From: Moniliella sp. 'wahieum'
Taxonomy: Eukaryota
Assembly: GCA_003971905.1 (NCBI GenBank)
Contig: RSEE01000082.1
Location: forward strand, 62,001-126,000
Length of the DNA stretch: 64,000 nucleotides
Direction: 5' to 3'
Position 1 is the stretch's first letter; each line of letters starts with the position of its first letter. The position numbers and the translations under genes were made by a program. Below are positions 25,119 through 37,899 of this stretch, piece after piece. The notes under the pieces are model-generated. The model saw nothing but the letters and a program-made list of their open reading frames with translations, ran no database searches and was not told the DNA's origin.

Positions 25119-26457
25119 TTGATCCATGAAAGAGAAACGAGCCCCCGGATTAAGGGTTTGTACCTATCAGTACATCATCCCCTCTACCCCCGTTTTCTTC
25201 GGGACTGTGTATATGAAGCGTTATAACGCCACTGTCTTCGGTACCAACCTCTTTCTCTTTGGACCGCACGCCGTTGAATTCGTACGACATTTGACGTAAT
25301 AGAGTGGGTAGAAGACATATGACAGTAGGTTTGTTGGCGTTGGTCAGAAGAGGCCGCTGGTGATGCGGAAAAATGCGTACCCACCAGTTTGGGCAGTGAT
25401 CAATTGCCTTCATAAGATGCGAAGTAGATGAAGAGGATTATGTCGAGGAGGAAAATGACAGCGTCTGGCGTCGGTTGGAGCTGGTATTGGATCGAAGACT
25501 GGAACTGCATGAGAAGAGCTAAGTGGAGACCTTAACACACCTCTTTCCACACTTCGATTCATTTGGAATCGAATTTTCCTGTGGTCGCCGTGGCGAATGA
25601 AATGGCCGCTGGCCGCTTGGGTGTCCTAGACGGCCCGGCGGAGAGTGCCTTGTTCTAAGGCCCAAACCAGCCATGCATCGAGACCCACCGGTCCATTGAC
25701 TACTCGCTAAAGACTGAAGAGGGGAAATGGAATGCGAGTTTTGTGGTTCAAGCAGTCCTTAGCACTGAAGGTGTGTGCTCCCTTCAAGCTTCAATCCACA
25801 ATCAATGCAAGCGAGGTCGGAGGTGAGAGAATTACGCGCGATCCAAGTAAAACACGTATGACGCACTTTGCCTCTTGCCGACACTGATTGCCCCGAGATC
25901 AACTACTAGCCCCTCCAGGCCCCTCCCGACTGGTTGACAAGGGACGCCCAAGCTTGAGCCCAGCACGATGAGACTTGCTGCACATTTCCTGGCGGCATTG
26001 AATATTGGCGGCGTCCAAATTTCCCAAGCCCACCGAAAGCCCACTGAGTACTGAGTGATGATTTCTCTCGAAAACGAATCCTTTCGGGACCGGAATAAAA
26101 CGCCAGAATATAGAGTGGAGGGAGGGGGAGACGGAGATGTATAGAGTCGGGTGTGGGGGAAGGAGCTAGCACAAAGAAAAGCGACAGAACAGGGACGGGG
26201 GAGTACGGTGTGTAGTAGGGTGGTGGGTGTCCTGGACCCTGTCCCCCACATTGTTAACCGGTAACCAGGCCAGTCATTAGTGACCAGTGACTAGTGACTA
26301 GTGACTAGTGACACCGAAATCGCCCACCCGCGGTTACGTTTAGCGATTTTCGTGCGCCTGGAGGGCCAAGTTGCTAGGAGGAAAAAGGTCAAGGAGAAGG
26401 AGAAGGAGAGGAGAGGTGGTAAGCCAGTTCAGTTGTACGCAGTGCATTCCGTTCCCG

Positions 26458-27550
26458 TTATGCCTTGTAGAGCTTGAACGCAACCAAGCCAGCGAGGGCA
26501 ATACTGTAGCCGAACATTTGGGTGCCGGTGACGACCGAGTTGAGGATGACCATGGATCCGACAATGAGCAAGATATCTTTCACCACGCCAGCAAGGGTGA
26601 GCACGAGGGAGGACGCGGCGCCAATGAGGAAGACGAGGCCAAGTTGAGGGCAAATGCGCAGGATGCGTTGCTGAGCAGGACCATGGGGCCTACATCGCCC
26701 AGATGGGCAAAGGGCGCCCAGCCCTCGACAAAGGGAAGTACGACAGCCAGCATCGCCGCGCACACAGGGGCAAAGTAGTAGACCGACACGAGCGGGTCCA
26801 TCTTGAGACCTTGCAGTAGCACCTGGATCATGACCAGACGCGTCGACTCGAATAGGATCGCGACGGCCTGCAGCACAAAGCCAAACAGGTCGAACTTGGC
26901 TTCGCCATACGACGCAATGGCCACACCGCACGAGATGCCAAACACAATCCCAAGCTGGGTCGCGTTGGCTGCCTTGAGACCAAATGCAATGGACATGAGC
27001 AGGACAGCGACGGGGGTGAAGGCCTTGACCATCTGGATGTAGGAGACACTGAGGTAGAGGTAGGCGTAGTTGCTAAAGATGAGTGAGGCGGCAAAGAGGG
27101 CGCCAATGGGAAGGATGTTGCGGATCCAGCGCTCACGGGTCATCTCGACATTGTGGAGACCGTCCATGAGGTGGGTGTAGCGGGCAAGGACACGGGTGCC
27201 GAGGGCGGCAAAGGCCATGTGGAAAGTGGTGAGGAAGATGGGTAGCCAAAGTTGAGGCCGTCCTTCTTGAGGATGTATCTGCAGAGGCGGGGGGGGGGGG
27301 GTCAGCGGGGGTGGGGGGCGCAAAGAGCACGCGCAAGCGGCAGGACGCACGCATTGTAGATGATGACGGTCATCGACGAGCCGATCCAGAAGGAGATGGG
27401 GATGACGGGGTGGAGCTTGCGCTCGGGCGGGCGGGGAGGGCCGCCGGGCAGGGAGGAGGGCAGGGTGGCGGCTGCGGGGGCGGGGGCGGCGGGGACAGCA
27501 TCGGGCTTGGTGTCCTGGATGGGGACGGAGGTGTACTCCTTGGAGGCCAT
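26458..27550 (-). CDS. TPT/SLC35E-family nucleotide-sugar transporter; intron 27279-27350
   Basis: Motifs PIFLTTFH, ILPIGALFAASLIFSNYAYLYLSVSYIQMVKAFTPV, ESTRLVMIQVLL...MDPLVSVYYFAPVC, LTLAGVVKDILL, QMFGYSIAL. Confidence 0.92.
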
Positions 27551-28102
27551 GGGAGCGATGGGGGCGTTGGGCAGCAGCGGGGTGGTGGTGGGTTGGCGCG
27601 CCGGCCGATGGGAGGATCGACGTGGCGGCGCAACCCAACCCTACCGCGCGCGTATCTTCGGCTGGCGCAGGGGGGCAGCGCGGGAGTGGGGCACGTGGAA
27701 CACCGGCGGGGTGCGAGCCTGGCGCGGTACTGGCGTCCTGCTCCGGCGGTGGCCAGCATCGGGCAACAGCGGGGTGGCATGTGACACGTGACATGCCACA
27801 GGCCAGGTGACAGGTGCGACAATCTCAATCTCAGGCGCTCGGGTGGGAGAGCTGCGGGTTGCCGCTCGCTGGGCAAGTACATTCGGTGTAACAAAGGACG
27901 CGAGGCCTACAGGAGGAAGAGAAAGAGAAAGAGAGCAGAAGAAGCGATGCATCGATTCCAAGAGGATACCATAGAGAGTCGGACAGAACAGCGCCAGGTG
28001 TGATGCGTGGGTTATAATGGCGCTGACATGCGTGCGTGTTCGGGGGGCGGTGTGCACTATGATGTAGCTCAGACCAGACCAGCAGAAGATAATAATACGC
28101 AA

Positions 28103-31100
28103 TCAGGAGCGATATAGCGCCCAGAGCTCCTTCTCGAACGACGCGTCCACCTCGCCGTCGTGCGCGTCGACGCGCGCATGCTCCGTCGGGTCGTCGTACC
28201 ACTCCTGTACCGGCGGCCACAGCCGCACCGATCCCCGCCGCCCCTCGCCCGCCTCGCCTCCCTCGGCCGAAGCCGCACAGGCCAATCAAAGCACAGCGTC
28301 GCCACCCGCTTGTCCTTCTCGCCCGGGACGCGCGGAATGTCCCTGCCGCGCCTTGAAGAGGTGCGCGAGCGAGTGCGGCATCGCCTCGTCGTCCGAGAAG
28401 ATCGACGCGTCCGACTCGCACTCCGGCTCGGACGCGCAGCACCTGGCTCGCTCGCTTCGGACTGCGAGCCAGCCACTGGCACTGCACTCCCTCCTCCGAC
28501 GTTCCTGCCTCGGCCATCACCACGTCCTCGTCCCTCGTCCAGAGGCACATCGGTCAGCTCCCCATCCGTGGAAAGATGGTCCTCTTGCGGGTCCGAAGCA
28601 TCCTCCAGCATGTCACGCCCCTCCTCCTCCTCCCCTCCTCCTCGCCCTCAGTCTCGATCTCCGCATCCGACAAGCTCGATTCACTGGCGCTGGGGACAAG
28701 CTAAGCGGGGGGAAGTAGCAGATGCTTCATGGTCCCCCCGTTCTCTGCTCTGCTCCTGCTCACGCACCTGCACCTGCTCCTGCCGGTGCAGACCACTCAG
28801 CCAGGCCCATCTGCTGAATCGCCGCGTCCCCTGCCGCCGTAGAAGGATAGAACAAGGAAAGCGAGGAAACCTACTCTCGGACATACGAGCAGCCCGTCGA
28901 CGTTTCGAATTGGGACCTACTCCCCCACTCCGTCCCCTCCATCCACTCCACCACAATCCGTCCACTGCAACCTCCACCACTCCGTACGCTGCTCAAGCTC
29001 CCGCCTGCGCTTACGATCAGAGGGAGCCAAAGTGGCTTCCCATCCAGCCCGGCCTCGTAGGCCATTGCGCTGCTGCTGCGCGTCCACCCCGGCTGGGCGG
29101 GACCGAAGACTAACAGGGTAATGCCCAGCAAGCCTGCTGGCTCGCCCTTGCCGGACCAGAGGGTAGGAGGATCGTATTCGCCCCTCATCTGGGCGAGGCG
29201 GGTGCGTGCAGTGAGCTGTCGCGCTCGCGGTGGTTGTGGCGCTCGCGGTGCACTGACGGTTGCGCTGGCGGTTGCGTTGGTTCGGCCGACGGGGGTTCCC
29301 CTCGCGCTTGCGGCAGGTCAGTTGGGCGTACTAGAAGGTCCGGTGCCAAGCGCGCCAGCGCACCAATCATCAGTTCTTCCGTGATCATCATGCTGGGTTT
29401 GGGAGGGGGCGTGGGGGCGTCCCCCCTGCCCTAGGTTCAGGCACTGCGGCTTCGTCGGATGGACCGTCGCCACGGGGGGAGGGGATCTGTCCTTCTCGTG
29501 GCGGGTGCGATGGGTCAGGAGACTGGTTCCCTTCTTCTTCTTCTTGGTCTGGCCCTTGTTCTTGCTGCTTGCTCTTGCTCTTGTTCTTGCTTGTTGTTGG
29601 TCTTGTTGTTGGTCTTGCTTTGTTTGTAGTGCTCCTGTAATGCTCTTGCTCATACTCTTGCTCTTGTTCTTCATGGTGTCGCCCCGGTCCAACGTCCGGG
29701 TTGGACGACGGGGACGCCCGATCCTGATCCCTCACTGGCACCTGATCGTCCACTTGGTCCGCATGGCGGCGTGTGAGTTGGCTGGACGGTTGGGGGACGC
29801 AGCAGGAGCCTGGACCTTACCTACCTCATAACCGCCCGGACTGGCACCACGTATTCCAGGCTGCTGCTCGGCCTGGGGGACGGGAACGAGCTGTTCGTCG
29901 GGGGGAGACTTGACGTGGCGGTACTGTGCCACGCATTCGCGCAAACAGTGTGGAGGAACGCCTCGAGTGCGGAACCGATTTCCACCAGGCTGTCCCAGCC
30001 CAGATGGTTTGCGCCGTGGTGCGAGCGCAGGAGACGGGCCAAAGTGGGCAAGTGCAGTATGGGAAGCAGGCGCTGGGCGATGGGAGGAGGGTACGACAGT
30101 CGCGAGACAGGGTGCAAAGGGGCCCTGTTGCGGCTGGAGAAGTGGGATCGGTCACGAGTACGACAGAGCGCAGCGTACGTATCGCCCCAGGGGAACGTGG
30201 CCAGTCCGCCGGAAGATGAGAGCCACCTCGGTTTCTCCTTGGGGAAGGCAGGCCGGTCCGCTCGGCCTCGGCCTCGAGCTCCCTTGACCAGGGGGGGGTA
30301 CCTCCCTCTCTTCCTCACATCTGGTCCCATTCGGCCGGTCCGGTTGGTTGGGGGACTGGATCGGCCTGGGCCTCAAGTGCCGAAAGGGACGTATGGCCGT
30401 CGGGGCGAATGAAAAGCCAGTTTTCTCCGCGGAATGGGGGGAGGACGAAAGGTTGGGAGAGACAGGGGATCCCGACCCTGCCAGTCTGGCCTCTGGTCCG
30501 CCTCTGCGTCCGCCCTTGGCTCCTCGTCCCACTCTGGCTCCGTTGCAACCGCTCGTCGTCCACTTGGTCCGGAGGGAGGTTGTCATCGTAGTCCTGTTGG
30601 ACGCGTTGGGCCTCCCAGAGTTCTGGGAAGCCAGAGGAGGTCACTACGCCTGCGACCAGGGCCAGGTCGGCACGTAAACTAGCGCCCTGGAATTGTCGTT
30701 GAACCGCGCCGGTGGCGTCGTCGTGCGTCACAAGGGTCCATCGGGTACCAAGACCCAGGGACCAACTTCTGAAATAAACGCACGTCGCTTGCTGCCGTAT
30801 TCGTTTCGTGCTCGGTGAGAAAAGGGAGGATTTGCCGGTCGTCCAAGTCAAAGGGGAAGAGGTAACCTTTACTGAGAAAGGCGAGGATGACCCATCGGGC
30901 CATCGCATGGGCCTGGTCCACTTGTTCGTACGCGAGGGCCATGAGGGCCTTGAAGGGACGAGCGTTACGATACGCATGACTTCTGCTGGAGCAATATGTG
31001 CAGGGACACAGAGTTGCACTACGGTGCGGACCATGTCCACGCCACTTACCAGGACGGCTTTGACGACGGCAGGAAACCCGCCTTGGGCAGGGTAGATGGG

Positions 31101-32110
31101 GTAGTCCTGTGCCAAGGGCCATAGCAGACGGGGACCAAGACGGCCATGTTGTCCAATGCTCGTCCACCGGGACTGAAGGCACAAATGCCGCCGAAGCAAT
31201 TTGGGCGCGCCAAAGGGGCCGGGGAGGAAGTGGCATTGGCTCAGACGCAGCATGTTGAAGCGTGCTCATCAAGAGTGCTTGCAACGTCGCTTTTCCGCAA
31301 GGTGGTATCCAGTGGTTCAGCAGCCCAGCCGCTCGTTCCTCAAGTTGACCAACTCGTCACTCACCTCCCTCGCGGCCGGATGGGCATCCAGACCAAGCAC
31401 GAGCGACGACGCGCCCTCGGCACCCAGACGGAACCGGAACCCGCCCCATTGAGAAGTACGTGCGCGTGCGCGCAACCTCCCAAACGCCTGTTGCAGCTCC
31501 TCGGCCTGATCAGGCGCGATGGAAGTGGAAGTACGTTGTTGTGTGCTGGAGTGGGAAAGAAAGTGGGTGTAGGCCGGCTCGGTAGCGAGCAAGTCATTGG
31601 ACCAAGCGGTTTTGCCAGCCTCCAAGCGCGCAACGTACATAACCACCTGGACCTCGGTCTTTCCTGCGGACCGGAGGGCGGGCGGGTGGCCGCCGCGCCG
31701 GTACGCAGCGAGGGCGACATTGATGTCCTGGGCTACGAGGTCGGGGCGGTGCTTAGAGTGCCGCGCGAGCGCCGGGTAGAGTAGATCCTTTTCCAGCCGC
31801 GTCCAGCGTCCCGACACGGGCGGTGGCTGGTCAGAGGACGCGGGGTTGTGCCCAGGGCGACGCGGGGGGACAGGACGCAGTCGCAGGCGCGTCTGCTCGA
31901 TGTGCTCGGCGAGGAGCGCGGCGTGCCGCACGGCGCTGGCGCGGGCCGGGGGGAGCGAAGGGGGGGGAGGAAGAGGATGTGGACGTGGCGGTTGTGGTGG
32001 TGGGGGTGGTGGTGGGGGTGGGAGCGGCGATGCCACGGGAGACGCGCTGCGCCGCCTTTGCGCCGCGCACATCGCCGGCGAGGAGGAGAAGGAGGAGGAA
32101 GAGGAGGAGA
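28103..32110 (-). CDS. Myb/SANT-domain protein, Rrn5-like (Pol I upstream activation factor)
   Basis: WTRLEKDLLYPALARHSKHRPDLVAQDI...KTEVQVVMYVARL is SANT-like. Long low-complexity body with an acidic C-terminus ending FEKELWALYRS*. Assembled across several frameshifts and could be two genes. Confidence 0.5.
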
Positions 32111-32305
32111 CACTTTGTCCTGCGCTGGTACTGTCTTTTGTGCTGTCTAATTAAACAACAACCTACAGCGGAATGGGCGTGGGCTGGACTGATAGTCCCA
32201 GCCGCGATCATTCCGCCCGGCGGCGCCCACCTTCTTCCAGGCGGCCGCCGCAGCCGCCCGGCTGGGCGGGACGACCATCGGCCCGCCTGAGCCGCTCTGC
32301 CCAGC

Positions 32306-32919
32306 ATGCCCCAGATCCTCGAAGGCTTCGTCACCCGCGCGGGGTTCATGGACAAGACGGTCACCCTGACCGTCGAGCGCACCATGCTCCACCACCTCTA
32401 CGCCAAGGTCGTCTCTCTCCCCCCTCCCCTTGGTTTCGTTGCCGTTTGGTGTGCTCACCCCTCCATCTTTCCCTCACAGCAACACACGGTCACCAAAAAG
32501 TTTCTCGTGCACGACGAGCTCAACGAGCTGCAGATTGGAGACCGGATCCAGGCGGTACAGTGCCGCCCGCTATCGGCGCGCAAGTATTCCGGTTCTACGA
32601 CTTTGTCGGTACCGCGCGGAGCGGGAAGCGCACCGTCGTCAACTCAAGATGGACATGACGGCGTTGGAGCAGGAACAGTACGGGTAGCCATGCGTGTGCG
32701 GAATGAGCGGACGCAGTGCGTGCGGACCGACTCAAGTTGGCCGGTCGTCTGAAGGAGGCTTCGAGTTTGATCGAGAAGATCGAGCAGGACCATCAACGTG
32801 CTCGTCTCGAGGCACAGCGCGACGCGGAAATTTTGCTGAAGCTACGGGAGAAGCCTCCCGTTTGGCAAGGGAAATTCAAAAGGCTAGGACGGAGGCTTTG
32901 TTCTCCTCAAAAAGGCTAA
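32306..32919 (+). CDS. MRPS17: Mitochondrial ribosomal protein uS17m; intron 32408-32479
   Basis: LEGFVTRAGFMDKTVTLTV...HHLYAK|...KKFLVHDELNELQIGDRI...CRPLSARK is the S17 signature. Confidence 0.9.
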
Positions 32920-33101
32920 AAAGTAATCTCACCATGCACATCTCTTCTCCCCCCTGCCCTGCCCTGCCCTGTTACGCCCTGCCCTGCCCTCTCCACTTGA
33001 CGTTCTTGTATAGCCAAGGTACATAGTTCCCCTCTGGTATCTCAAACAGAGATCCAATCTGCCCCAACACCGCCCCCCCCCCCCCCCCACCGATCACCGA
33101 T

Positions 33102-33566
33102 TGTCGCACAACCCGACCTATCGTTCAACGTCCATCGTCCATCATTCATCGTTCATCGTTGCGGTGCTTGGCGGCTGCACGCCATGCGTCTCGTTTTCGC
33201 CACATCCCCGCCGCACTACCCCGAGAGACAACACTGCACCCAGCCAGCTAGCGGTTCAGGATACATTTTGGACATATGCACCACTCGTGTGCGATGTCCA
33301 GGTTTCCAGCACAAGGCTTACTTGCTCAACTGTAGAATGCGCGCCACGGCCTCGGCGCAGAGACATTTCGCGCATCTCATTTCACTCATTAAGATACTCA
33401 CCCTGCCTCTGCTTCCTGCCCGCTCGATTCAGGTCTGCGTCCTGAGGCTCAGGACCTACCGTCCCACCTTGGCGAGGCAGGCAGAGAACGATTGCTAATC
33501 CCTTGGACTAGCAGTCTCGACTCTCGTTTCGACTCTGGTCCCCCCGGCTTAGCCCCGAGTGTGACA
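33102..33566. mobile_element. Possible solo LTR remnant
   Basis: Termini TGTCGCAC...GTGTGACA in an intergenic region. No TSD found. Confidence 0.25.
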
Positions 33567-34362
33567 GGAAGACTGAGGCCACAGAGCACCCCTAAGCACG
33601 GCATGCAGGCGGGCGTCAACGTTCAACGTTCAACTGAACGTGCTCACCTCTCACTTCTCCCTTTTTAAGCTCAACACCTCCGCACCGTCGTGTGTGAGTA
33701 CCATGTAACAACCGCACGGCGATAGGCCCAGGCGGCACAGTCACTTGTCACAGCAGGGGAAATGGATTGCTGCTGCTAAACTCCGTGGCGTATAGCCATT
33801 GTGTTCGCCAACGAGCCTTTCTGAGATGTGAGGGTGGAGTGCAGGGCAAACTGCTAACACCGTTGGCCTCAAACGGAATCCACTGCGTGTGACGTGTACG
33901 CAGCACACGATGGGGTTGCCGACATGTGACATGCTGACAGCTGGCTCCGCCGTACTTAGTATCAGGCGGCCCGTCACGCGCAGCACACATCACACGTCAC
34001 ACGTCACACGGACAGAAGCGCTCGAAGCTTGAAATCGAAGGGATGATCTCACCGACACCCCGACAACGTCCGTCTTCGCCCGTGAGCGCGTGAGCGCGTC
34101 CCCGTGCCGGCGGGAGGGGACGTCGTTCGCAATGGCGTAAGGGCTGAAATTGTGCGCTGGGCGTGATTAATGATTGTGGGCCGCGCTTACCTCCGCCCCG
34201 CCGAACCGCCGAACCCATCGCCCTGCCAGCCGCACCCGCTCCCGGCGGTACTTAAGGTCCACGTTCCTCTTTGCCCAGCGTTCCAGCGTTCATACGGCCA
34301 TCCTCCTGCTGCTTCCCGCCCCTCCTCCCTTCCAACTTCCACACCTATTGCACCTCCGCCTC

Positions 34363-35657
34363 ATGTCCTCGATCGCCATCAAGAACTCTGACTTTGGCCT
34401 GTCGTACGCCGGCCATCCTGTGCCCGGCACGGTGCAGGAGCAGCCGGAGAGCGCCGTTGCTCCTGCGTCCGATCCAACTTCCTCACTCGGGCTTGACCCT
34501 GCGCAACCGCAGCGTCGTCCCCCGCTGTGCATGTACTCTGGTTCCGACGGCTTTGTCTCGCCGTGGCAGCTGGTCCCCTCGGGTCCTTTGCCGTACATGG
34601 TGTGGGCGCCGTCGTGGTCGAGGCGACTGCTGTCGAAGCCCGCGGCCGCATTTCGCCACAAGATCTAGGGCTGTGGAAGGACGAGCACGTGGAGGGTCAT
34701 GCGAGTTTGGTCCGCACGCTCAAGCAACTTTCGCCTTCCGTCACGGTCGGTGTGCAGTGTTGGCCCATGCGGGTCGTAAAGCCAGCTGCTGGGCACCTAC
34801 CTGGGCAGGGCCCAAGTCCAACAGTGTGTACCCTACCAACGCCGAAGGCGGGTGGGAAGATAATGTGGTAGGCCCTTCCGACGTGGCCTATGCACCCGAC
34901 TGGATTCAGCCCAAGCCGCTGTCGCTGCAAGGTGTGGCGGAGGTGAAGCAAGCTTGGCTCGACGCTGCTGACCGCGCGTTCGCAGCGGGCTACGACTTTG
35001 TTGAAGTCCACTCGGCACATGGGTACCTTCTCTCCTCCTTCCTTTCTCCCTTGAGCAACAAGCGTACCGACCAGTACGGCGGCAGCTACGAAAACCGTAT
35101 TCGGCTCCTGTTGGAGATTGTCACGGAGATCCGGACCAAGTACCCGACCAAGAGCGTCTGGGTCCGCGTTAACGGCACAGACTATGCCGAGGAGCTGGAC
35201 GAAGCGTCCTGGACATCAGAAGAGTCCGCGGCGCTCGCACCGATCCTCGCGGATGCAGGGGTGGACGTACTGGACGTGTCAGCTGGCGGTAACACCCCGC
35301 GCCAAAAGTTGCCCGTTTACTCCTTTGCTTCCGGCCCGGGCTACCAGGCGTACTTGGCCGAGGCGGCGACCAAAAAGCTCGCCGAAACGGGCAAGGCGGA
35401 CAAACTCGTGGTGGGCAGCGTGGGCTTGTTGGAAGGCGGCGCGTTCCGGGCGACGTGGCAGAACAAGTGTTGGAGAAGAAGCAAGCGCAACTGATTTGTT
35501 GGGCGCGGGATGATGAAGGACCCAGCTTGGCTCGAGCATGCCGCACTCGCCTTGACCCAGAACAAGGTGCGTGTGACGGGCGTGGCAGAGTACGAGTATG
35601 TTTAAGAAGTTGGACGAGCGCGCGGCCCGGGCGGCAGCGGCCGAGGCTAAGAAGTAA
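34363..35657 (+). CDS. NADH:flavin oxidoreductase / Old Yellow Enzyme (YqjM-like)
   Basis: Motifs PLCMYS, VEATAVEARGRISPQDLGLW, EVHSAHGYLLSSFLSPLSNKRTDQYGGSYENRIR, GVDVLDVSAGG, PGYQ. Confidence 0.93.
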
Positions 35658-36928
35658 AAGGTACTCCTCGTACTACGCGGCATACTCTATGACAACCCCG
35701 ATCGATGCTCATGATGCGGATGCAATGAATGGCACACTGGACCGCACGCAGGCGTTTGTTGGTTGTGGAGAGCAAGTGACTAGGGAGGAGAAAGAGACGT
35801 GTGGCAGAGGATAACAAAGGCCGGGCCCTGATCGGTGGGTGGCTTCTTGCGCGCAAACACACACACGGGATGTACGTGTTGGAAGGGAGGCGGAGAGGCA
35901 TCGTTGTGAAGGGCCGTGGCCCAAGGGGTTAGCAGGCCGAGCAGAAAAGAGCCTAAGGGAGATGCACGGTAGGAAAGCCCTCCCGTTGCGGACCAACGGA
36001 ACCAACTTAGAATTTCGTCTCGCACGCAGAGTTAATCTCCGCGGGGTGGGTGGCCACAATTACATAAGATGGGTGGGCGGCCCAAACCTAGTGCTGTGGG
36101 AACAGGCCTGTGCGGGGCCGTGTGGGCTGACTAGTGGGTGACTGCTGCCCACCCGCTTGCGTGGCCTGGTCGTGGCCGGTGGGCACTGGGCGGACGGGAT
36201 AAAACAGCCGTCCAGCACTTGCCTTCCTCCCTCTTTCCCCCCCCACTGCCCAGCCCAGGCGCCCCCCTCCACGCTTTTGTCCTGGCCGTGGCGCCCACGG
36301 GGGCATGTGTGGAGCACGACATCCCGTCGATGCACATGCACCCCTCCCACGGCCAGGACAAGAGCGGGCACCGGCTCTTGTCAAGGCGGTCGGGGCCAGG
36401 TGGTGGCTCCACGCGGGTACGGGGTGAGGATTTGGGTACTTTGCCCGCCCCTCCTGTCGGCGCTCCCACGGGCAAGACAACTCACCCCTCGTCCCGTACC
36501 CGCGGGGGCCACGACCTGCGTTTGGTTGGGATGATTAAGCAAGACGGGCAAGGTTTGAACACATCGGCTGGGACAACACTTGTCTCGGTACAAGCAACTT
36601 TGGAAACGTACGGCGTATGCAAGGGGAGCAGCGGGAGTGCTGGCTCGCGTTAGCAAGAGCAAGAAATGGTGATGGGTGCCCAGGTGCTACGCTACGTGCG
36701 GCATTTGTTTTGTCCGACTGCCGAACCGAAACGAAAGGTGGCTAGTTGGCGTTTGCCGCGCGTGGTGGTGGTTTGGGTGGGTGGTCGTGAAGAATCGTCA
36801 AGACGATGATTTCGGGGGTTTGCTGGTTTGCCCTGGCCTTTTCGTTCACGAGGAAAAGCGTTAAAAAACCAGTTGTCGAATCGGGGTACTATGCGACTGT
36901 ACCCCCCTCCCTGTTGATTGGTTGCGGT

Positions 36929-37360
36929 ATCCAGCGCGCCAAGATGGACTTGGCCCGAAAAACCCTGGTTTACGCACTGCGAGTGCTTGTGAGGTTGGGG
37001 GTGATCCTGCGCGCCAAGATGGACTTGGCCCGAAAAAACCCTGGTTTACGCACTGCGAGTGCTTGTTAGGTTAGGGGTGATCCCGAAAAACCCTGGTTTA
37101 CGCACTGCGAGTGTGTGAGGTTGGGGGTGATCCTGCGCGCCAAGATGGACTTGGCCCGAAAAAACCCTGGTTTACGCACTGCGAGTGCTGTGAGGTTGGG
37201 GTGATCCTGCGCGCCAAGATGGACTTGGCCCGAAAAACCCTAGTTTACCGCTCGTGTTTGGACATTGGATCCAGAGCTGGTTGTGGCAGTGCGACTGCCG
37301 GTGAAGAGGTTGCGGGTAATCCTGCGTGCCAAGATGGACTTCTGGCCCGAAAACCCTTGA
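36929..37360. repeat. 75-bp minisatellite, ~5.5 copies
   Basis: Unit ATCCTGCGCGCCAAGATGGACTTGGCCCGAAAAACCCTGGTTTACGCACTGCGAGTGCTTGTGAGGTTGGGGGTG, with one internally deleted copy and one degenerate copy. Confidence 0.95.
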
Positions 37361-37899
37361 TGAGGCAATGAAGCCTGTTTGCACCACGATCGGTGCTTGA
37401 TTGATGCGATGCTGATCGCATCTGAGTGAATGTGAGGGAGGCGACCGATTGTCCTGCCTCCCTCTTGACCCCCCTCCTTTTGTGTGGACTACTGAGTTGG
37501 TTCTCCTGGACCCCAAACCGCTACCTTCCTTTCTCGACTACGATGTGGTCGTGCGGATGGTAAGCTGTGCCCCCAAACCGTCAGAGTGCTCAAAACCAAT
37601 GAAAGTTCCTCCTTTGAGGTGGAACCTGCTCCCCCCCGCCGTCTCGCCGTCATCCAATGGTTCCCTGTACCCTTCGATTTTTTCAAGAGACGTTGTCCGC
37701 CCCTGGTGCCTCGGCTCGGTCCAGCGACCGTGCTGACATTGTGGGCAGCTGGCCTCGTTCTCCTTGCCCCTTTCCTCGTCTTGCCTCCCCCAGTCCAACT
37801 GGGAGGGGGTTTTGGCTTCCTGTACTGCTCTTCTCTGTTGAGTTGAATCAATAGGAGACGTCCGTTGCTCCCGGGCGTTTCTGTTGGGACGTCTTTCCC

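Noticed and set aside
25150..25512. Small minus-strand gene after OPT2
   Set aside because: It has an internal stop, a donor and branch point without a clear acceptor, and no recognisable family.
28160..29113. Long antisense and alternate-frame ORFs here and elsewhere (e.g. 2233-2835, 51733-52626)
   Set aside because: These are shadows of GC-rich genes on the opposite strand and show no independent motifs.
36929..37360. CRISPR-like array
   Set aside because: Units are contiguous near-identical 75-mers with no unique spacers, there are no cas genes, and the context is eukaryotic.
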